This document shows, one piece after another, positions 18,483 to 26,916 of a DNA stretch of 49,792 bases (its first letter is position 1; the number at the start of each line of letters is the position of its first letter). Source of the stretch: Clostridia bacterium (GTDB lineage: Bacteria; Bacillota; Clostridia; Christensenellales; UBA3700); NCBI GenBank assembly GCA_029060065.1, contig JAIDUT010000044.1:1-49792 (forward strand), given 5' to 3'. The notes below the pieces were generated by a model, which saw nothing but the letters and a program-made list of their open reading frames with translations, did not search any database and was not told where the DNA came from. The translations under genes and the position numbers were made by a program.

Positions 18483-18511
18483 ATTATATGGTAAACTTAC
18501 CATATTGTCAA
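18483..18511 (-). promoter_or_regulatory. Consensus sigma-A promoter with palindromic operator in the spacer
   Basis: TTGACA (18511-18506), 17 bp, TATAAT (18488-18483); operator TATGGTAAACTTACCATA at 18487-18504. Confidence 0.8.
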
Positions 18512-18524
18512 GGAAAAAATTACT

Positions 18525-19427
18525 ATGAAAAACAACGAAATAAAAGACAAATTGAATATACTTGAAAACAAACTTAATTTGCTAATAAATCAAACGCCCA
18601 TAGAACGCCCTGCCCCTTATACGCTCTATGAGTGGTTGGAATTATGGTATGTAACTTGTAACGCTCCAACGCTTTCAAAAAAGTGGCATAAAGTTTTGAG
18701 ATATAATATTGACCGCATAAAATCATTACTTCCTGATAAACTCTTGAACGAATACACCGCAATAGAACTTTTGCAAGCCGTCTATGCCGTGCCTTTGAGT
18801 TATACTCGTTCAGCCTGCTATAACTTATTGAACGCCGTATATAAGCAAGCCGTACGGCTCGGCTACGTGCTTATCAATCCATTGGATGCAACAGAAAAAG
18901 TAACGCACGTTAGACAAGTAGGGCGAGCGTTAACTCTTGAAGAGCAACGGCAATTCTTAAAAGTATTGGACGGAAACGCCCGAAAGGCTCTATATTTATT
19001 CTATCTTTTAAGTGGTTGCCGTTGCTCGGAGTTAATAGCACTCCGTTGGACTGACATTGACGAAAACGCAGGTCTTATACACGTATACGGAACGAAAACG
19101 CCCCACGCTAATAGATATATACCACTATTCCCTCAAATTCGGGCATTGTTAGACACAATTCCCCATATCAATGAAAGAGTATTCCCCCTTACTGAAAACG
19201 CCGTTAAAAGCCATTTTCAACGCTTAAAACATAAATACGGCTTGAATTTCCGTTTGCACGATTTACGGCATACCTTTGCTACACGTTGCATAGAAAGTGG
19301 CATAAGCATTTTTACGCTGTCAAAATGGTTAGGACATAGCAACATAAACACAACCGCAAGTATTTACGCCCATTTGCTGACTGACTTTGAACGGCAAGAG
19401 ATTGCACGATTTGACCCAAAGATATGA
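18525..19427 (+). CDS. Tyrosine recombinase / integrase
   Basis: SGCRCSE (R), GTKT (K), HDLRHTFA (H-x-x-R), WLGH, IYAH (Y). Confidence 0.93.
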   Translation: MKNNEIKDKLNILENKLNLLINQTPIERPAPYTLYEWLELWYVTCNAPTLSKKWHKVLRYNIDRIKSLLPDKLLNEYTAIELLQAVYAVPLSYTRSACYNLLNAVYKQAVRLGYVLINPLDATEKVTHVRQVGRALTLEEQRQFLKVLDGNARKALYLFYLLSGCRCSELIALRWTDIDENAGLIHVYGTKTPHANRYIPLFPQIRALLDTIPHINERVFPLTENAVKSHFQRLKHKYGLNFRLHDLRHTFATRCIESGISIFTLSKWLGHSNINTTASIYAHLLTDFERQEIARFDPKI

Positions 19428-19493
19428 ATACCACGAAAGGACGATAGCAACCGCTACCGCCCTTTTGATTTTTGAAAGTGTACTTTCAAAAAA

Positions 19494-19721
19494 TTACTCT
19501 GTTTCGCTATACTCCCCCACGCAAAGGACTTCGTTTGCGTCAAGGTCTAGCACGGCACAAAGTTTTGCAAAAGTATCTAATGCGGGCATTGCTCTCCCCG
19601 AAAGATATTGGGCAATTGTCGAAGATTTAATATTAACTCTTCGGCAAATTTCCGCTTGTGTCATTCCACTATTTTTGATAGCATCTTTTAATTTCTCTCT
19701 AATTGCATTTAACGTAATCAT
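19494..19721 (-). CDS. XRE-family HTH regulator 2
   Basis: SGMTQAEICRRVNIKSSTIAQYLSGRAMP; ATG 19721 after GGGAGG. Confidence 0.88.
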   Translation of the reverse strand: MITLNAIREKLKDAIKNSGMTQAEICRRVNIKSSTIAQYLSGRAMPALDTFAKLCAVLDLDANEVLCVGEYSETE

Positions 19722-19749
19722 AAAAAATATACCTCCCAAACAAATTATA

Positions 19750-19823
19750 CTAGGAATTGCCTAGCAAATGCTTGACAACTAGGCAATGCCTAGTATATTA
19801 TTAAGTTGCTAGGCAATGCCTAG
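19750..19823. promoter_or_regulatory. Three palindromic operators (CTAGGCA-N-TGCCTAG) over divergent promoters
   Basis: Copies at 19750-19764 (one mismatch), 19779-19793 and 19809-19823; TTGACA at 19772. Confidence 0.8.
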
Positions 19824-19849
19824 TAATAAAAATAAAGGACGGACGAACT

Positions 19850-20164
19850 ATGAAACAAAAACAAAGCAACACGCCCCGACAAGAGGGGCAACACACCGAC
19901 AGCCAAAAAAGTCAATTCTTGATTGACAATTTGGATAAGTTTTGCAAGGACAACAATTTGGTTGTTATTTCCGTAGAAAACGACTATGGCAAGATTATTG
20001 CGCAAAGAGATACAAAGGACAAAGACAAAATCACAAAGATTGTAGGCTTTGCCGTATCTGTTGACGAGTGCGAAGAGATTGACGAGAACGAGGACTACGA
20101 GGACGAAGAGAACGAGCAAGACGAAAAGATTACGATAGATAGGTTTGTGAGGTGGTTAAAATGA
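19850..20164 (+). CDS. Hypothetical protein with acidic C-terminal tract
   Basis: AAGGA RBS; first gene after the operator array. Confidence 0.65.
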   Translation: MKQKQSNTPRQEGQHTDSQKSQFLIDNLDKFCKDNNLVVISVENDYGKIIAQRDTKDKDKITKIVGFAVSVDECEEIDENEDYEDEENEQDEKITIDRFVRWLK

Positions 20165-20997
20165 CAAATTGGGGTGATTGGAAAATAACTGACGAACAAG
20201 CACAAGCAATTCACAACGGAGAAAAAACCGCTCGCGATAAATTCTACTTTGATAATTTAGATAAAATTCGGGCTATGGCTCATACTCATTGCTCTCGTTC
20301 TTCTTCTTGTCGTGGTTGGTTTGAAGATATGGTTAACGGTGTTTACGTTGATTTAACGATTTTTGAAAGTGGCATAAATCAGCCTGTGAATGGTGTATGG
20401 CGGTTGCATAAATTCATTTACGCAAGTTTTAAGGCTTGCCCACACGGTGGGTTGGCTTATCTTTACGAAAATAATCGCAAATTATTAAGTGGTAGGAAAG
20501 AATATCGCGCGCCTACCGATATTCTTTCGTTTGATTCTCCTATAAGTTATTCAAGTACTTTACATAACCACGACGGCGGACATAGTACGACGATTGCGGA
20601 TATTATACCTGCTCCCCATTCGCTGAGTGAAAAAAGATATGACATTATAAAGCAAATTGTTTGCCGTCGTCTTTCGCCTCGTGCCTCTGCTTATGTTGGA
20701 CTTTTAATTGATGGTTATGCTACTAAGGAAATAAAAGCGTTGACAGTTGACAAACGAACAACTTTAAGTGCTGTAAAAAAAGAACTTATAACTCATTGTA
20801 AAACTATATTGGACGATTTAACCGCTATTGGCTTAAATGTAGAATATTACTATAAAATAGATCCAAGTGAAAAAGTAGAAAAACATTATAAACAAACACC
20901 CGAAGAGCGCGAAAAGCGTCGATTATGGGCGCGAAATTGGCGACTAATACAAAAAACAAAGAAAAACGCAACGCCCACGCTCCCACCTGTGGCGTGA
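20161..20997 (+). CDS. Divergent sigma-70-like protein
   Basis: Region-2-like (AIHNGEKTARDKFYFDNLDKIRAMA...FEDMVNGVY), region-3-like SFDSPI...TIADII, region-4-like LSPRASAYVGLLIDGYATKEI. Confidence 0.55.
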   Translation: MTNWGDWKITDEQAQAIHNGEKTARDKFYFDNLDKIRAMAHTHCSRSSSCRGWFEDMVNGVYVDLTIFESGINQPVNGVWRLHKFIYASFKACPHGGLAYLYENNRKLLSGRKEYRAPTDILSFDSPISYSSTLHNHDGGHSTTIADIIPAPHSLSEKRYDIIKQIVCRRLSPRASAYVGLLIDGYATKEIKALTVDKRTTLSAVKKELITHCKTILDDLTAIGLNVEYYYKIDPSEKVEKHYKQTPEEREKRRLWARNWRLIQKTKKNATPTLPPVA

Positions 20998-21186
20998 GGC
21001 ACGGACATTGACAACGGCAAACTATCTTCTTTAAGGCTAGGGCGTGAAAACGCCCCAACCTAATCCGCACAAGACCAGAGCAAAAGCCACAGCATTTTGC
21101 GACGTGCGGAACGCGAAAAGGCAAAGGCTATTACGTCTTTGCCTTTGAGATTACCTATTGAAAAGAAAGCAAGGCACTTGGAGAAC

Positions 21187-21262
21187 GCACAAAAAAACAA
21201 GGTGGCGCAACGGAGTCAAAAAGCGGTTTAGCGTTGACCCGTTGCCCCTTGTTTTGGCGTGT
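21187..21262 (+). other. Candidate single-strand origin hairpin, copy 2
   Basis: Stem with loop AAAGCGGTTTAGCG followed by T, giving TAGCGT. Confidence 0.5.
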
Positions 21263-21300
21263 CGCTTCGGTTAGTCGGTCGGTTACTCAGTCGGCGAGTG

Positions 21301-21357
21301 GCGATACCTTGTACCGTCCGCCGTCAGGCGGACGCTTGTAGTAGTACAAGGTGTCGC
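21301..21357 (+). repeat. 57-bp branched hairpin, candidate double-strand origin, copy 2
   Basis: Direct repeat of 18054-18110. Confidence 0.7.
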
Positions 21358-21417
21358 GTAATAGCCCCACTAATCAAATTTGATAGAAAAACCGCTTGAA
21401 ATTAAGTAATATTTTGA

Positions 21418-22098
21418 TTAACGAATAATGAGTTTTGGCTTTAAGCACGCTGAAACGTCTTGCAAGTCTTTGTCGGTCATTATTATTACTTTTAAGCCTA
21501 GTTTGTCGTAAATTTTTTGAGTATATTCTTTGCTCTTCAAATATTTGGGGTTAGAGAGTTCGTTATACTCAATATAAAGTTCGTAATCAGGCAAGTAGAA
21601 GTCGGGATGTAATTCTTTTGTTTCCCCCGTCTTTTCGTCTAGGTAATATACAGGTTCTTCGTATTTTACGCGTATTTTGTTGTTGTATAGCCAACTGCAA
21701 ATAATCGCCTCTGCTCTGCTACGGACTTTTCTACCGTCGTCGCATCTATATATTAGGTTGCCGTATTCGTCAAGTATTTCCGTTTCCGTGCAATTAGTGA
21801 TACGAATATCAACTGAACGGTCTTTGTATTTTGCATAACATTTTTTGCAAAAGTGAAGTCCGTTAGAATTTTCGCCACAAATTATACAAGTCAATTTGGG
21901 CGTAGTGTCGCTTTCTTGTTGCTTATTAGTATCAATAGTTTGTATGGGCTTGTTTCCGCAAGACGGACAAACTTCGTCGGTTTTACGCCATTTATCGCAA
22001 ACAGGACATTTCATTACTTTGTTTTCGTCTTTAAGTTTGAAACAACTTTTGCATAAAGGAAGATAACCACTTGGTTTACCGCATATTTGACAATTCAT
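21418..22098 (-). CDS. Multi-Zn-finger protein with C-terminal PD-(D/E)XK-like nuclease domain
   Basis: Six CxxC motifs; VRSRAEAII...YE...PDFYLP...YIEY; ATG 22098 after GGAGG. Confidence 0.7.
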   Translation of the reverse strand: MNCQICGKPSGYLPLCKSCFKLKDENKVMKCPVCDKWRKTDEVCPSCGNKPIQTIDTNKQQESDTTPKLTCIICGENSNGLHFCKKCYAKYKDRSVDIRITNCTETEILDEYGNLIYRCDDGRKVRSRAEAIICSWLYNNKIRVKYEEPVYYLDEKTGETKELHPDFYLPDYELYIEYNELSNPKYLKSKEYTQKIYDKLGLKVIIMTDKDLQDVSACLKPKLIIR

Positions 22099-22165
22099 AT
22101 AAATACCTCCAAAATAAAAGAGAGATACGACATAATGAACGCATCTCTCTCCAAAGTGCATTCTC

Positions 22166-22268
22166 TATGTTGCTATACAAAATTATCTAATGACAAGATA
22201 AAATGAGAATACAGTTTTGGCGGTATTCATTGTCATTAGATATATATTATCTTTTGTATAGCAACATA
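22166..22268. other. Long inverted repeat (17-bp + 13-bp + 6-bp stems)
   Basis: TATGTTGCTATACAAAA/TTTTGTATAGCAACATA, TATCTAATGACAA/TTGTCATTAGATA, GAATAC/GTATTC. Confidence 0.8.
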
Positions 22269-22322
22269 AGTATAAAGCAATTTTAATTATTTTGTAAAGT
22301 AAATTAAAGGAAATAAACGACT

Positions 22323-23372
22323 ATGAAAAAGAAAGGAACGAAAGATTTAACGTTAACGCAAAGGCGCGAATTGGAAACGCTATTGAAAGCAGGTCTGCAT
22401 AAAAAGCAAATCGCCAAACAATTAGGCGTATGCCTTGCAACCGTGTACAACGAAATCAATCGCGGAAAATGTACTCAAAAGGTCATTAGGTACGTCGATT
22501 GGTTTGGCGATAAGCATTATAAGGAAGTAACGGCATATAGTGCGGATTTAGCCGAATATAATTATCGACTAAATCAATCGTCACACGGTGCGCCACTTAA
22601 AATTGGCAACGATTTTGAATTAGTACGCGAAATTGAAAATCGTGTTGTCAATGATAAGATAAGCCCGTGCGCCGCGCTAGGCGAAATCAAGCGCAAAGGA
22701 ATATGCCGTACAACGATAAGCAAAACTACGCTCTATCGTTATATACGTATGGGCGATATATTCACGCGCATAACAATGCAAGATGTGAAATTAAAGCAAA
22801 AACATTATCAAAAAGCGACGGTAAAACGTCCGCCGAGAGGTACAAGCATTGAAAAACGCCCTGCCGAGATTGCCGAGCGTAACACATTCGGGCATTGGGA
22901 AATGGATTGTGTTATAGGCAAGCAAAGTACAAAGCAAACTATACTTGCTTTTACCGAGCGGTTGACACGTTATGAAATCGTATTCAAAATGCCCGACCAT
23001 AAAGCGACGACAGTAGTCCGCTACGTTAACAAACTTGAAAAGCGTTACGGCAAGCAATTCCGTAAACTATTCAAAAGTATTACGGTTGACAACGGCGTGG
23101 AATTTAGCGACTATAAGGGGCTTGAAAAGTCTATTTATGGCGGTAAACGTACTAGCGTATACTATTGCCACCCATATACCTCTTGCGAACGTGGAAGTAA
23201 TGAGCGATTAAACCGTGAGATACGCCGACTAATACCAAAAGGCATTGATTTATCTACTATAAGCGAAAAGCGCATACAAGCGGTTGAAACGTGGATAAAT
23301 GATTATCCGCGTGAAATCTTTGGGTACGCTACAAGTGCCGAAATGTTTAACGCGCAATTACAAGCAATTTAA
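22323..23372 (+). CDS. IS30-family DDE transposase
   Basis: N-terminal HTH; GHWEMDCV, SITVDNGVEF, YCHPYTSCERGSNERLNREIRR, INDYPR. Confidence 0.95.
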   Translation: MKKKGTKDLTLTQRRELETLLKAGLHKKQIAKQLGVCLATVYNEINRGKCTQKVIRYVDWFGDKHYKEVTAYSADLAEYNYRLNQSSHGAPLKIGNDFELVREIENRVVNDKISPCAALGEIKRKGICRTTISKTTLYRYIRMGDIFTRITMQDVKLKQKHYQKATVKRPPRGTSIEKRPAEIAERNTFGHWEMDCVIGKQSTKQTILAFTERLTRYEIVFKMPDHKATTVVRYVNKLEKRYGKQFRKLFKSITVDNGVEFSDYKGLEKSIYGGKRTSVYYCHPYTSCERGSNERLNREIRRLIPKGIDLSTISEKRIQAVETWINDYPREIFGYATSAEMFNAQLQAI

Positions 23373-23591
23373 CAATTATTGAAAGTACACTTTCAAAAAA
23401 CTAATCAAGCCGTCGTAGTACGGCTATTTGTCGTGCAACAAACTTCCCCGTTTGCGCCGTTTTTCTACCACTTGCAAGTGGTAGAAAAAGTTAAAGCCCA
23501 CCGAATTACTACTTTCGACAGGCTTTTTTATCGTGTAACAAACTTTTTTTGAATTTAAGAAAAAAATTCTAAAAAAATGCTTGACTTTTCA

Positions 23592-23606
23592 TATAATTTA
23601 ATAATA
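23592..23606 (+). repeat. Right direct repeat (target duplication)
   Basis: Identical to 6339-6353. Confidence 0.85.
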
Positions 23607-23713
23607 TTATTATACTATTTTACCAATTCTAACCGCTAATATAAATCGAATATTGACTAATACCGCCCAGTCGACTATAATGATAATACTAATAAACAAT
23701 ATTTGGAGAAATT

Positions 23714-24004
23714 ATGGGAATAGTAGTTCATATTTATTACACGGGCAAAGACGGAAGCGCAAGAAAATTTGCTGAAGAGATGATTTCAAGCGGAATCGTA
23801 GACGCCGTAAGGGCTAAAGAAGGAAATCTGAAATATGATTATTACTTCCCTATAGACGATAAGGAAACAGTTTTGCTTATCGATAAATGGACTAATCAAC
23901 AAGCATTGGATATGCACCATAAATCTGATCTTATGCCAAGAATTGCCGATTTAAGAACTAAATATAAACTTAAAATGAGTGTTGAAAAATTTGAATATGT
24001 TTAA
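23714..24004 (+). CDS. Antibiotic biosynthesis monooxygenase (ABM) family protein
   Basis: VRAKEGNLKYDY...LLIDKWTNQQALDMHH. Confidence 0.85.
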   Translation: MGIVVHIYYTGKDGSARKFAEEMISSGIVDAVRAKEGNLKYDYYFPIDDKETVLLIDKWTNQQALDMHHKSDLMPRIADLRTKYKLKMSVEKFEYV

Positions 24005-24873
24005 TAACTTACCAACAAAAAGCCTACTAACACACCGATAAATACCGAAAGCGCAGGCAATTTGCTTTTCCACATCAATATCGACTCCGGCAATAATTCG
24101 CCGAATACCACATATAACATTGCACCGCTTGCAAAGCCTAGCGAAAGTACGAGCATAATGGCATTTATACCGCCAAGCGCATAGCCCAGCAATGCTCCCA
24201 ATACCGTCGGCAATCCGCTTAACGCCGTCAATAATATCGCCTTGAATTTACCCATACCTCCCGAAATCAACGGCACTGATACCGCCATCCCTTCGGGAAC
24301 GTTATGTAAGCCTATAACTATTGCCATAATAAATCCCGTACTTGAAAAAAGATTGGCTGTCAAATCTTTTTCCATTGCGTACGACGCGCCTATTACCATA
24401 CCTTCCGGTAGATTATGTAATGCTATAGCTACCATCATAACAAGCCCTGCAATAAATAGATTGGACCTAGAATTGTTCGCCCCGTCTTTATGGCACTCAA
24501 AGTGATCTGCGTGTATTAATTCGTCAAGATCGTCGGCTGTCGAAGGATGATTTTTGTCTATATGCTTTACTTCTTTGTTGGCGTGCTTGTCAATGACGTG
24601 ATTAAGCATATATACCACGGCGTAACCTACAATTACTGCCAATACTACAATAATAGGAGTATACGAAGGTAATGTTCCCTCTTTCATCATTTCTACAGGT
24701 TGGCTCATAAGGTCAAAGCAAACTACGGCAAGCATTATGCCTCCTGCAAATGACAGCAAAAGCGACACGATCTTATTAGACTCCCGACGCAATATTGCGC
24801 CTATCGCTCCGCCAAGTCCCGTGCCTAGCACTCCTGATATTAAAGTGATAATTATTATTGCTAAATAATTCAT
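24001..24873 (-). CDS. ZIP-family metal transporter
   Basis: IALHNLPEG and IGLHNVPEG, His-containing loop, multiple TMs. Confidence 0.92.
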   Translation of the reverse strand: MNYLAIIIITLISGVLGTGLGGAIGAILRRESNKIVSLLLSFAGGIMLAVVCFDLMSQPVEMMKEGTLPSYTPIIVVLAVIVGYAVVYMLNHVIDKHANKEVKHIDKNHPSTADDLDELIHADHFECHKDGANNSRSNLFIAGLVMMVAIALHNLPEGMVIGASYAMEKDLTANLFSSTGFIMAIVIGLHNVPEGMAVSVPLISGGMGKFKAILLTALSGLPTVLGALLGYALGGINAIMLVLSLGFASGAMLYVVFGELLPESILMWKSKLPALSVFIGVLVGFLLVSY

Positions 24874-24879
24874 AAGTTT

Positions 24880-26862
<1,983 letters not shown>

Positions 26863-26916
26863 TTATATTTTTTCCGTTGGCAGAAGTTATATTCATTGAC
26901 GGCATAACGTTGAGAT

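Larger units (their letters stand above)
6354..23591. mobile_element. Integrated rolling-circle element (inovirus-related prophage-like) with terminal IS30-family transposase
   Basis: Flanking direct repeat, termini TGTAAAGT / ACTTTTCA, HUH Rep, Zot/pI-like ATPase, membrane proteins, integrase, transposase; host genes resume on both sides. Confidence 0.85.

Noticed and set aside
22293-23591. Stand-alone IS30 copy starting at TGTAAAGT (22293)
   Set aside because: No long matching flank at 22293, whereas the 15-bp right flank matches 6339-6353. A short 2-3 bp duplication cannot be excluded, so this is disfavoured rather than disproved
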